Shown in pieces: positions 1 to 7,899 of a stretch of 64,000 nt of DNA. The notes below the pieces were generated by a model. That model was not told the DNA's origin. It searched no databases and was given only the letters and a program-made list of their open reading frames with translations. The position numbers and the translations under genes are program-made. Numbering within the stretch: the stretch's first letter is position 1; every line of letters begins with the position of its first letter. This DNA is from a virus, in the IMG/VR virus record IMGVR_UViG_3300044609_000988, positions 1 to 64,000 of that record; one strand, written 5' to 3'.

Positions 1-141
1 GCCCGTGCTATGCCAGATGAATTTAAACTTGACACAAGCATTGACACTTTTACTGCTTACAAGATGTATATTTCGTCCAAACCTTGGGTTGCATCTAATT
101 ATCTTCGTATGCCAGAACGTAAGCCTGAGTGGGTAGCATAA
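1..141 (+). CDS. 3' end of a conserved cyanophage protein (partial)
   Basis: Frame 1 is open from base 1: ARAMPDEFKLDTSIDTFTAYKMYISSKPWVASNYLRMPERKPEWVA*. The AMPDE..AY..Y..K..W..R.PEW tail is typical of pyrimidine-dimer-glycosylase-like phage proteins; function uncertain. Confidence 0.7.
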   Translation, partial: ARAMPDEFKLDTSIDTFTAYKMYISSKPWVASNYLRMPERKPEWVA

Positions 142-143
142 TT

Positions 144-329
144 ATGTCAGAATACAATTTTGAATACGAATCTTTGTCTGAACGAATTTACCAGCTTGAG
201 CTGCTGGTGGATCGTCTCAAGGATGAGCAAATCGAGACTGACAATACTCTGTATGAGATCCTAAACAGACTTGACACGATGGATCAAAACGAGTATACTA
301 TTAAAAACTTCGACCCTGGAGACGCCTGA
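144..329 (+). CDS. acidic hypothetical protein
   Basis: ORF track 129..329; ATG at 144 directly follows the upstream stop; overlaps the next start (TGATG). Confidence 0.7.
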   Translation: MSEYNFEYESLSERIYQLELLVDRLKDEQIETDNTLYEILNRLDTMDQNEYTIKNFDPGDA

Positions 330-730
330 TGACCACATACAAAGAGATTTGGGATTCTTTGAATGAACTTGACATGATGACATCCAAGATTGGATATGTC
401 AAAGAAATGATCGATACTTCTCTCGAAGCTATTGATAATCGTGATTACAAAAAAGCAGAATCCTTGCTGTATATCACATCTGATTATGTCAAGTATTTTC
501 TTGATCAGTATGATACTAACTTTCAAATTGCTTGGTCAACAGCAATCAATGCTGGCAAAGAACTTGATGATGTGAGGGCAAAACTCTCTCGCCTTGAAAA
601 TCCAGAGAATCCTCAGTATACTGAAGAAGAAATGGAAGCTATGTGCAACAAAGAACAACATTCTCCGACATATTATTTGTATGACAGAAATGATCCAACT
701 CGTAAAAATCCGTTTGATGTAGAATTATGA
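329..730 (+). CDS. hypothetical helical protein
   Basis: 133-aa ORF translationally coupled on both sides. Confidence 0.8.
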   Translation: MTTYKEIWDSLNELDMMTSKIGYVKEMIDTSLEAIDNRDYKKAESLLYITSDYVKYFLDQYDTNFQIAWSTAINAGKELDDVRAKLSRLENPENPQYTEEEMEAMCNKEQHSPTYYLYDRNDPTRKNPFDVEL

Positions 731-999
731 AAGAAATACATTTGTTTGTACAAGAAGGGTGCCGCCCCTGTCTGTATGCAGAAACACAACTCAAGAAAGT
801 TAGTGGCTGGGAGGATGTTGTAAACATTACTCCTGCCAAAGAAAATGGTGAGTGGTCACAGTTTGCTAAGGATTGTGGTGTTCAAGCAACTCCAACTCTT
901 GTGGCATTGATTGATGGTAACGTTGTTGCTCGTATGGCAGGATCCCGTGACATGACCAGCACATTTTGGGAAACTACAATTTATAATCATGGAAAGTAA
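727..999 (+). CDS. thioredoxin/glutaredoxin-like protein
   Basis: N-terminal CRPC (CxxC) after a beta strand and GVQATPTLV cis-Pro motif of the thioredoxin fold. Confidence 0.8.
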   Translation: MKEIHLFVQEGCRPCLYAETQLKKVSGWEDVVNITPAKENGEWSQFAKDCGVQATPTLVALIDGNVVARMAGSRDMTSTFWETTIYNHGK

Positions 1000-1264
1000 T
1001 ACACTTTTTGTTTGTGAATGTGGTGATGTGAGCCACCAGCTAATCATTTCTTATGATTCGGATCCATTCCTAAATGATAGTATTTGGTTTCAAATACATC
1101 TAGGTGATGTGGGTCTATTGAGACGAATTAAATATGCTTTCTTCTATATTCTTGGTAAGAAATCCAAGTATGGTTGTGGAGCATTTTCTGAGGTTCTATT
1201 TGATAAAAGTAAAACCAAACAACTGATTGATACACTTATTAAACACTATGAGGTGATGGTTTAA
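989..1264 (+). CDS. hypothetical protein (CxC...H motif)
   Basis: 91-aa ORF overlapping both neighbours. Confidence 0.75.
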   Translation: MESNTLFVCECGDVSHQLIISYDSDPFLNDSIWFQIHLGDVGLLRRIKYAFFYILGKKSKYGCGAFSEVLFDKSKTKQLIDTLIKHYEVMV

Positions 1265-1482
1265 TGGCACTATCCGAATCTGTAGCTACCAGTTTAAAAG
1301 AAGCCGAAGCATCACTTCGTAATGCTCTAGCATATGCTGCTCGCCAAGAGCGTCCACTTGTATGTAAAACTATCTCTTCGATGATTGGTGATATTGATCA
1401 ACTCATGAAGATTGATGATTTTATTGACAAGCTGGAAGAGCGTATGGGTGGAGACAAAGGAATGTTTGGTCCATTCACATAA
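1264..1482 (+). CDS. conserved cyanophage hypothetical protein
   Basis: MALSESV..SL.EA...LRNALAYAARQERP pattern, recurrent in T4-like cyanophages. Confidence 0.8.
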   Translation: MALSESVATSLKEAEASLRNALAYAARQERPLVCKTISSMIGDIDQLMKIDDFIDKLEERMGGDKGMFGPFT

Positions 1483-1574
1483 CTTTACACAAATATAAAA
1501 ACAATCTTAAGAACCATTGTTTTTTGGTTAAATACATGTATAATGTGTTGAAATGCTGACACTAAGGAGCAACT

Positions 1575-1745
1575 ATGACACTAAGTAACGAAGAATGGAA
1601 TGAACTTGATTCTCTTAGGAAAGCAATCAACGAATATCCAGCATCAGTACACTGGGACAAGATGCAACGATTTGGTGATCTCATGGTAAGGTCACTGGAA
1701 GGTAAAGGAGACACATTTACGCCAACGCTCCGAGTGGACAGTTGA
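1575..1745 (+). CDS. small hypothetical protein (56 aa, not in ORF track)
   Basis: AAGGAG Shine-Dalgarno then ATG at 1575: MTLSNEEWNELDSLRKAINEYPASVHWDKMQRFGDLMVRSLEGKGDTFTPTLRVDS*; TATAAT at 1539-1544. Confidence 0.8.
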   Translation: MTLSNEEWNELDSLRKAINEYPASVHWDKMQRFGDLMVRSLEGKGDTFTPTLRVDS

Positions 1746-1792
1746 GCAAGTGGCACAGGGGGCTTGACGCCCCCTTTGTTTTGCCCTATATT
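1735..1792 (+). promoter_or_regulatory. early promoter: palindrome + -35/-10, overlapping a terminator-like hairpin
   Basis: TGGACAGT-tgagca-AGTGGCAC (1735-1756); TTGACG 1764, 17 bp, TATATT 1787; AGGGGGC-ttgac-GCCCCCT followed by a T-rich tail. Confidence 0.85.
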
Positions 1793-1817
1793 AAGTGAGT
1801 CAACAACAGAGGACCAC

Positions 1818-2231
1818 ATGGCAACCCGCTCACGAATCGGCATCATGCTTCCTGACGAGTCTGTGCTGTCGGTGTACCACCACTTGGATGGCTATCCCGA
1901 GTGGCTGGGTCGTATTCTCAAGACCCACTATAACAGTAAAGAACTTGCTGTTATACTGATTGACGGTGGTGATATGTCTTCCTGTTGGACTGATCTGCCT
2001 ATGGATCAGGATGGTAATCCATCTGAGTATGGTCCGAACTACTATTCTCAACGTGGCGAAGATTGTCCTCCTCGCCTCGATGATAACAAGTATGACTATC
2101 TTGCTGATGGCGAAGAGTATGCCTACCTGTTCACCCTCGATGGTGAGTGGATCTGCTATGATCGCCACCAGTTTGAGGAGAACACTATGCCCACCGTTGC
2201 CGAGATTCCTTCTGGAGCACTGGCAGTCTGA
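1818..2231 (+). CDS. conserved phage hypothetical protein (TRSRIG / Y.H.DGYP family)
   Basis: MATRSRIG...SVYHHLDGYPEWLG...EYAYLF; start reassigned to ATG 1818 after GAGGA. Confidence 0.85.
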   Translation: MATRSRIGIMLPDESVLSVYHHLDGYPEWLGRILKTHYNSKELAVILIDGGDMSSCWTDLPMDQDGNPSEYGPNYYSQRGEDCPPRLDDNKYDYLADGEEYAYLFTLDGEWICYDRHQFEENTMPTVAEIPSGALAV

Positions 2232-2278
2232 CAACTGGCACACACCACCCCACAACGGGGTGGTTCCACCCCTATAAT
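2220..2278 (+). promoter_or_regulatory. early promoter: palindrome + -10
   Basis: CTGGCAGT-ctgaca-ACTGGCAC (2220-2241), hairpin ACCACCCC-acaac-GGGGTGGT, TATAAT 2273. Confidence 0.8.
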
Positions 2279-2328
2279 GAGTACATGCTCAGAAGAGAGC
2301 ATTTCGTAAACCTTATCATTTTATTACC

Positions 2329-2472
2329 ATGAGCAAGCAACTTCTGATTCAAATGCTTCGTAAGGGCGCCAATGGAGAGCAAATCCTGAGCATTCTTGAT
2401 GTTATTGCTGGCGATACTGTGATTGAAGAAATCGCCACGACTCAGCCCACTCTCGACGAGATTCCTTTCTGA
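2329..2472 (+). CDS. 47-aa protein ending in an SSB-like acidic tip (DEIPF)
   Basis: MSKQLLIQMLRKGANGEQILSILDVIAGDTVIEEIATTQPTLDEIPF*; first ORF after the promoter at 2273. Confidence 0.75.
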   Translation: MSKQLLIQMLRKGANGEQILSILDVIAGDTVIEEIATTQPTLDEIPF

Positions 2473-2474
2473 TT

Positions 2475-2759
2475 ATGATTTCGCTTCCTGTGATCGACCA
2501 CCCCATCATTGAAGACACTAATGATGATGCTCATGTTGATCAGAATGATCTAAGTATCACACTGACATATGCTGAGCATGAAATGCTGTGTGATGTGCTG
2601 CTTCAAGCAGTCAACATGATGGAGTTTGCTTGTCCTTATGGGTATTTTAATCTGCCCATGGATAGTGAACTGATTCAACGATTCTCTATGATTGAGAATC
2701 TTCGTGAACGATTTAACACTGCCTGGTCCGACCGCTTTGATGATCATGAAATTTATTGA
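2475..2759 (+). CDS. acidic hypothetical protein
   Basis: 94-aa ORF in operon packing. Confidence 0.75.
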   Translation: MISLPVIDHPIIEDTNDDAHVDQNDLSITLTYAEHEMLCDVLLQAVNMMEFACPYGYFNLPMDSELIQRFSMIENLRERFNTAWSDRFDDHEIY

Positions 2760-3021
2760 TCTTGAATTTAAACAGCATCCTGTCCTCGGTGGTGGTGATG
2801 CTGTACAAGCACTACACTTCTTTCCTAATGGTTATGGTGTAAGTGTGGTACGATTCCCTGGATCGTATGGTTATGCTGAAGGACTGTATGAAGTAGCAGT
2901 TCTTGAAGGTAGCATAGATGACTATGAACTATGCTATGATACTCCAATCACCGATGATATTCTTGGTCATCGTGATGAGACTGATGTAGAAAACATTATT
3001 CAAGAAGTTCAATCACTCTGA
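2746..3021 (+). CDS. conserved phage hypothetical protein (F.NGYG.SVV...GLYEVAVL)
   Basis: Motif widespread in phage hypotheticals; start reassigned to ATG 2746. Confidence 0.8.
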   Translation: MKFIDLEFKQHPVLGGGDAVQALHFFPNGYGVSVVRFPGSYGYAEGLYEVAVLEGSIDDYELCYDTPITDDILGHRDETDVENIIQEVQSL

Positions 3022-3029
3022 GGTAAATT

Positions 3030-3437
3030 ATGACTCGTTACAATGATCCCAACACCCCTGTTGCTATTGTTATTGGTGGTGGATTTGTAGTTGTTGTTGC
3101 TCTGCTATTCTTTGGTGGACCACTCTACAATGTGTGGCAACAATCTCTTGCTGGTAAAGCAGAACTACAGAAGGCAGAATATACTCGTCAGGTAGCAGTT
3201 CTGGAAGCACAAGCAAAGAAAGATTCGGCACAACAACTTGCTGATGCTGAAATCATTCGTGCCACTGGTGTTGCTAAGGCGAACCAAATCATTGGTGATT
3301 CGCTGAAGGACAACCGTGAGTATCTTCAGTATCTGTATATCACTGGTCTGGAAGAAGGTTCCAACAAAGGTAACGTGACCATCTATGTTCCGACTGAAGG
3401 TGGTATGCCCGTCCCTACTCTCCAAATGAACAAATGA
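3030..3437 (+). CDS. membrane-anchored coiled-coil protein, stomatin/prohibitin-like C-terminal part
   Basis: N-terminal TM segment, Ala/Glu/Gln coiled coil, A.G.A.AN.II..SL....YLQY...IYVP tail. Confidence 0.7.
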   Translation: MTRYNDPNTPVAIVIGGGFVVVVALLFFGGPLYNVWQQSLAGKAELQKAEYTRQVAVLEAQAKKDSAQQLADAEIIRATGVAKANQIIGDSLKDNREYLQYLYITGLEEGSNKGNVTIYVPTEGGMPVPTLQMNK

Positions 3438-3601
3438 TTGAACTCCTCGCCAGTGCTCTTATTGCTTCAAGCAATCAATCTGAAGACATTAACAAGTTCT
3501 GTGCTTATGTTGTGGGCATCCCATATGCTAGCGATAATTTCACTGACGAGGAATGGGAACGGTTTAAATATTGTAGAGAGCAATTAGGATATGATAACTA
3601 A
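3434..3601 (+). CDS. small hypothetical protein (55 aa)
   Basis: MIELLASALIASSNQSEDINKFCAYVVGIPYASDNFTDEEWERFKYCREQLGYDN*; ATGA overlap with upstream gene. Confidence 0.7.
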   Translation: MIELLASALIASSNQSEDINKFCAYVVGIPYASDNFTDEEWERFKYCREQLGYDN

Positions 3602-3800
3602 CGATGGATATGCTACGGTTCCCTGGGGGAACCGTTTTGTTTTAATATACAATGGACAACAGCTCAGTGATCACAAGACAGATGATCAAGCAATCGAAGC
3701 ACTGAAAAAACATAGAGAGAAAAACAAACCGAAGCCACCCAAGGGTGCCAGTAAGAAAACTGGCACACGCCGCAAGTCAAAAGGCAAACTTGACCTATAA
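3591..3800 (+). CDS. hypothetical protein with basic tail
   Basis: 69-aa ORF; its C-terminus is encoded across the next promoter element. Confidence 0.7.
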   Translation: MITNDGYATVPWGNRFVLIYNGQQLSDHKTDDQAIEALKKHREKNKPKPPKGASKKTGTRRKSKGKLDL

Positions 3801-3801
3801 T
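3745..3801 (+). promoter_or_regulatory. early promoter: perfect palindrome + -10
   Basis: GTGCCAGT-aagaaa-ACTGGCAC (3745-3766), TATAAT 3796. Confidence 0.85.
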
Positions 3802-3822
3802 ACATGTAGTTGAGGAACCACT

Positions 3823-3966
3823 ATGTACAACGTCACTGAAGATCAAGTCAATGATGCAGTTGAACTTGTATTCGACACGCTTCAATTGCCACCTAGGTTA
3901 GCAGATGATTTTTACATGCTGCTTGTCAACTGGCTAGACATGAAAGATGTTGAAATCATTGAATAA
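3823..3966 (+). CDS. small acidic protein (47 aa)
   Basis: GAGGA SD; MYNVTEDQVNDAVELVFDTLQLPPRLADDFYMLLVNWLDMKDVEIIE*. Confidence 0.7.
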   Translation: MYNVTEDQVNDAVELVFDTLQLPPRLADDFYMLLVNWLDMKDVEIIE

Positions 3967-3996
3967 AAAATAAATATAGGTAAATGGCAAGATAAG

Positions 3997-5586
3997 ATGG
4001 CAGCAACTAATCTAAAAGAGAGTCTACAATGCCTTGCTTTTGCTTATTTTGCCGATAATACTAAAGTAGACAGTACACACGAAGAAGAATGGTATAATAT
4101 ATTTGCTCCAGACACATCAACGACACCAAAGAGTCTGAGAGCACAATACAAACAATACCTAAGTTCTTTGTACAGTGAAAAGATATTTGAACAAGTAATA
4201 GAAAAATACCACAGCACAGTAACACCAAAATCAGGTAAAGTGAGTATTGATGCTGCTGTGAAGAAAGTATATTTGGTAGTAAAAAAAGTAGTAGATTCAA
4301 ACCTATTCACATCTGGTCTGAAGAATTATATGTTCTTAGATCAGATGGATCCTTTCACTATTGCTGTGAAAGATGATTCTTTGAAAAGAATAGCGAGAGC
4401 ATTTAATCTATCAGGCAAAGCAGATTTATTCTCTCCAGCAGATATTTTTATTGTTAAAAGAGATAAGATCACTGAGATATTATCTGAATATAGTAAGCAT
4501 GTATTAAATGCTGATGATAATGAATTGCTTGGCAACATGTCATGGGGAACAACTGGCAAGAACACATACAGAACAATATCAAATAATTTCTTCAAGAAAA
4601 GATATTTGGTTGCTGTGTCATTAAAACTACCAGAAACTATATCTGGTGCTGGTGTGTTGAAGATTGTGGGCACAGAGAATGTAGAACCACATCTATTAGA
4701 TTTCATTGATCCTTATACTAAATTGATAGCAGCAATGCTAGCACACCCAGAAAAAACATCTAAACTAATCGACAAGGTAGTTGATATAGAGTTTGATAAC
4801 TTCAGAATCACTCCTGCTATTCTATCGTGGGAGTATCCAATCACATTTAGATATGCTGAAGTGATGGATCCACGTAATAGTAATCAAGCATTATACAAAA
4901 GAAATTTAAGATTTAAACTATTCACCTGGAGTAATGCTGGTTTCAATGCACAATGGTACAAAGGGCAGGGAGCACCTGGAAACTGGACTGGAGGTGCTGG
5001 CACCGAATCTCTTGGCGAACTTTTCGTAAAGTATAATGAATACCCACAAATACTCAAAGAATTAGTTGACATAAGAGAGAAAGCATTTTACTTTGCTATT
5101 CATAACTCAGAAAAAGCACCAAATATAGATGCTAAGTCCAAAGGACAATATAATAAAGCATTGGATGAAATTAGAAATCCAAAGATATTATCTGCCGACT
5201 TATCAAAGAATATCATTAAGTTCTTCAGTGAATACTCACCTAATTCAAAAGCATATCTAACATACCAAACAAAGGTTGTGAAAGATACCACTAAACAAAT
5301 GAAAAAAGCATCCACCACGGTGACAACAGATCCTAAGAGATTGAATGCACATTATGTTGCTTCTCAGTGTGCCTGGTTCTTATTCAGGGGTGGAGAAACA
5401 TTACACAAACATCTTAAGAAGAGAATGTTCTTATCATTGTTTGGATTGATTACTAAGAGTGGATATAAAATCTTCCAAGGTGAAGAAGAAACAGTCATGG
5501 AAGATTTTGTAATGAAAGTAATACAGAAGAACAAGAAAAATGTTGTGGCATACTTTAATTCATCACCACACATCGTCTTGTCATAG
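3997..5586 (+). CDS. 529-aa protein, possible PD-(D/E)xK-like nuclease fold
   Basis: Long AT-rich ORF preceded by late-promoter-like ATAAATA (3970-3976); N-terminal E plus SPADIF...VSLK motifs. ORF is secure; function is inference. Confidence 0.6.
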   Translation: MAATNLKESLQCLAFAYFADNTKVDSTHEEEWYNIFAPDTSTTPKSLRAQYKQYLSSLYSEKIFEQVIEKYHSTVTPKSGKVSIDAAVKKVYLVVKKVVDSNLFTSGLKNYMFLDQMDPFTIAVKDDSLKRIARAFNLSGKADLFSPADIFIVKRDKITEILSEYSKHVLNADDNELLGNMSWGTTGKNTYRTISNNFFKKRYLVAVSLKLPETISGAGVLKIVGTENVEPHLLDFIDPYTKLIAAMLAHPEKTSKLIDKVVDIEFDNFRITPAILSWEYPITFRYAEVMDPRNSNQALYKRNLRFKLFTWSNAGFNAQWYKGQGAPGNWTGGAGTESLGELFVKYNEYPQILKELVDIREKAFYFAIHNSEKAPNIDAKSKGQYNKALDEIRNPKILSADLSKNIIKFFSEYSPNSKAYLTYQTKVVKDTTKQMKKASTTVTTDPKRLNAHYVASQCAWFLFRGGETLHKHLKKRMFLSLFGLITKSGYKIFQGEEETVMEDFVMKVIQKNKKNVVAYFNSSPHIVLS

Positions 5587-5642
5587 TGGACAGTTTGCAA
5601 ACCGACACAGGGGCTTGACCAGCCCCTTTTTCATGCTATGAT
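5587..5642 (+). promoter_or_regulatory. early promoter: degenerate palindrome + -35/-10 overlapping a terminator
   Basis: TGGACAGT-ttgcaa-ACCGACAC (5587-5608); AGGGGCT-tgacc-AGCCCCT-TTTT; TTGACC 5615, TGcTATGAT with -10 at 5637. Confidence 0.8.
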
Positions 5643-5668
5643 ACGAGGGTAGTCAAGGGAGAACCCCT

Positions 5669-5860
5669 ATGAGCATCACCGCCAAAAAGCCCTATCCCCT
5701 GGGCATTGACAATCCTTTCCTGATTCGTGGTCGTTACGGCACCAGCAAGTGGGAGATCATTGATCGTGAATCACAGCAATGCCTTGGCGTGTATCCTAGC
5801 GAACTGATTGCCTACGATTGCCGTCGTGCCATGCTACGATATGCTGGTTACGATGCCTGA
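5669..5860 (+). CDS. hypothetical protein
   Basis: 63-aa ORF with GGGAG SD after the promoter. Confidence 0.75.
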   Translation: MSITAKKPYPLGIDNPFLIRGRYGTSKWEIIDRESQQCLGVYPSELIAYDCRRAMLRYAGYDA

Positions 5861-6005
5861 TAAAATTAAATACGCTGCCAGTGCTGCTGTGGTGCTGGCA
5901 GTTTTCATCGGTTACAATATGTTTCTGATCAATCGTGATCAGCAACTGTTCAAGGCATACGATGCCTGCTCTCACAATCACCCATCCTGCGTTTATTACA
6001 AATGA
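5853..6005 (+). CDS. small membrane protein
   Basis: MPDKIKYAASAAVVLAVFIGYNMFL...; one TM segment, two Cys in the tail. Confidence 0.7.
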   Translation: MPDKIKYAASAAVVLAVFIGYNMFLINRDQQLFKAYDACSHNHPSCVYYK

Positions 6006-6118
6006 CTGATCAACAAAAAGAAGAGATCATGATTGATGAACTGCTCATGATGGCAATTGAAGAAAAGGCAGCAGAACTTGAAATTACTGTTGATTACTAC
6101 ATGGAGGAGTTCATGTGA
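6002..6118 (+). CDS. small acidic protein (38 aa)
   Basis: MTDQQKEEIMIDELLMMAIEEKAAELEITVDYYMEEFM*; overlapping start/stop on both sides. Confidence 0.7.
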   Translation: MTDQQKEEIMIDELLMMAIEEKAAELEITVDYYMEEFM

Positions 6119-6366
6119 TGAAAGTTTCCGTAAAAGATTTGTTGAATTGTCCTGAATGCGGAACTGAATGGATCACATCAGTAATTCCTGCGGAACGTCG
6201 AGAGAATTATGCTTGGCCATATTTCTATTCCCGCATCAATGCTTGCTACAGCATAGAAACTGACCGCACAGAATACTATCAATGCCCAGACTGTAAGGCA
6301 ACCTTCCCTCGCTTTGGTCCCGATGTCAAGACATATGAGGTTGACAGAAAGACCTATCCTACATAG
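6118..6366 (+). CDS. zinc-ribbon protein
   Basis: CPEC and CPDC pairs. Confidence 0.75.
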   Translation: MKVSVKDLLNCPECGTEWITSVIPAERRENYAWPYFYSRINACYSIETDRTEYYQCPDCKATFPRFGPDVKTYEVDRKTYPT

Positions 6367-6369
6367 AAT
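6341..6369 (+). promoter_or_regulatory. host-like sigma70 promoter (no palindrome)
   Basis: TTGACA-17-TAGAAT. Confidence 0.8.
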
Positions 6370-6393
6370 GTATCAGTACAACACTAAACTCGT

Positions 6394-6567
6394 ATGACTG
6401 CTAATCTAGAACAAGCAAATGCTCTTATTCAAGAGTATGCTGAACTGATCAGTAATCTTCAAACTGAAGTCGCTGGTCTTCACAAAGAAAATCAATTCCT
6501 TCGTGAGGAACTGGAAGAACTACAATTTGAAATGAACTCTCAATCAAACAGAGAATATGATTGCTGA
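6394..6567 (+). CDS. small coiled-coil protein (57 aa)
   Basis: MTANLEQANALIQEYAELISNLQTEVAGLHKENQFLREELEELQFEMNSQSNREYDC*. Confidence 0.7.
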   Translation: MTANLEQANALIQEYAELISNLQTEVAGLHKENQFLREELEELQFEMNSQSNREYDC

Positions 6568-6820
6568 TCTTGTTATTGATTTTGAATCACACCTTAAACA
6601 TAATAAGGTGTGGTTAGTTCAAATTGATTTGCCTCTCCAGGACGCTCCAGAAGACGTTCCTAGCTCCATTACAGCTGATGTCTATGTCATTGCCTCAAAT
6701 CGAAACCAAGCAGTCTACATCGCCCAAAGCATGTACCCAGACTGCTTCGACACATGCATTGGAGAACGACCAGTTACAGAATACGAATATGCTGCCAGAA
6801 GGAACAGAAGTATATTATAA
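6557..6820 (+). CDS. hypothetical protein
   Basis: 87-aa ORF in operon packing. Confidence 0.75.
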   Translation: MIADLVIDFESHLKHNKVWLVQIDLPLQDAPEDVPSSITADVYVIASNRNQAVYIAQSMYPDCFDTCIGERPVTEYEYAARRNRSIL

Positions 6821-6980
6821 TGGAATGTATGGAGTAGTTAGGTTTGCTTGCGAACATTACATGACAGTGTGTGTTCGTAAATTTCCTAATGAACATGTGA
6901 GGGATGTATGTATTCTTGTATATCCCAATCAGACTGACAGAATCACTCTCGTAAACGGAAACCACTCGCACGATTCATGA
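6789..6980 (+). CDS. small beta-rich (SH3-like) hypothetical protein
   Basis: MLPEGTEVYYNGMYGVVRFACEHYMTVCV...; 3' part of ORF-track 6624..6980. Confidence 0.65.
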   Translation: MLPEGTEVYYNGMYGVVRFACEHYMTVCVRKFPNEHVRDVCILVYPNQTDRITLVNGNHSHDS

Positions 6981-7141
6981 CTTATTTTTCTGATTTTGAC
7001 ACAACTGAATATTTCTACGATGATGAACAACTGCGACGGAATGCTATCCGCAGTTTTGAAAACAAATTTCTCGCTCCAGCCAGTTACGAAACCGTCCCTG
7101 AGGCACTGCTGATGGACCTTGAGATCGACTATGATCAGTGA
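6977..7141 (+). CDS. small acidic protein (54 aa)
   Basis: MTYFSDFDTTEYFYDDEQLRRNAIRSFENKFLAPASYETVPEALLMDLEIDYDQ*; ATGA/GTGA overlaps. Confidence 0.7.
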   Translation: MTYFSDFDTTEYFYDDEQLRRNAIRSFENKFLAPASYETVPEALLMDLEIDYDQ

Positions 7142-7350
7142 GTAGTCAACCAAAGCACATGGACACCATCGCCGTTCCCAAGCACATCCTAGAGAGCATT
7201 CTAGAGAGTCTTGAGCAATCGATGAAAGTATGTGAAAGCAAGAAGAATGAAGATGAATATGCTTATGCTTACATGTATGGTTATTTGAATACCACTGTCG
7301 AGCATAGTGTGTATCAACTTAAAGCTTTGGTCAACGAACAACTTTGGTGA
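7138..7350 (+). CDS. hypothetical protein
   Basis: 70-aa ORF; start may be the internal ATG (MDTIAV). Confidence 0.7.
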   Translation: MSSQPKHMDTIAVPKHILESILESLEQSMKVCESKKNEDEYAYAYMYGYLNTTVEHSVYQLKALVNEQLW

Positions 7351-7357
7351 AAACTAA

Positions 7358-7645
7358 ATGAGTAAGTTTCAATCGACTGTCTCCACAGTAGCAGCACTGG
7401 CTAGTATTTTTGCTGCTGGTGCTGCTGGTTATAAACTGGCACAGAATCAACCAGACTATGATCCAACAGAACCACCGCCTGCTATTGAGCAGAAACTGAC
7501 ACAGTTAGAGGAGAAGCTAGAACAAAAGCTCTCCACACCCCTCCAGCAGCCCCAACAGCAGGCTCCTGTTGTACCACAGCTGCCACCCACGCCACAAGTG
7601 CCACCAGCCCCTCCAGAGCCACCTACACAAGAGGTACAACCATGA
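7358..7645 (+). CDS. membrane-anchored Pro/Gln-rich protein
   Basis: Hydrophobic N-terminus, short coiled coil, Pro-rich tail. Confidence 0.75.
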   Translation: MSKFQSTVSTVAALASIFAAGAAGYKLAQNQPDYDPTEPPPAIEQKLTQLEEKLEQKLSTPLQQPQQQAPVVPQLPPTPQVPPAPPEPPTQEVQP

Positions 7646-7899
7646 AAATGAGAATTATTCAAAAGCCATCCTTAACAAATAATCCTGATATTCACTGGTA
7701 TCATGCTCAAGTACGACGATTTGGTATTTGGGTAGAATGTCGTGATGATTTGTTCATGTTTCTGAAGTATACGAGTGAGATGATGTCACAATCACATGAT
7801 ACTAGTCTCGAACGGGTGGAGCGTTTCGTAGAGTATGCCATGAGAGGGGAAGATATGTTCCCTAAATCAAGGAACAAAGTTGTTGCTGAGTATGAGTAA
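7642..7899 (+). CDS. hypothetical protein
   Basis: 85-aa ORF, ATGA overlap. Confidence 0.7.
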   Translation: MKMRIIQKPSLTNNPDIHWYHAQVRRFGIWVECRDDLFMFLKYTSEMMSQSHDTSLERVERFVEYAMRGEDMFPKSRNKVVAEYE

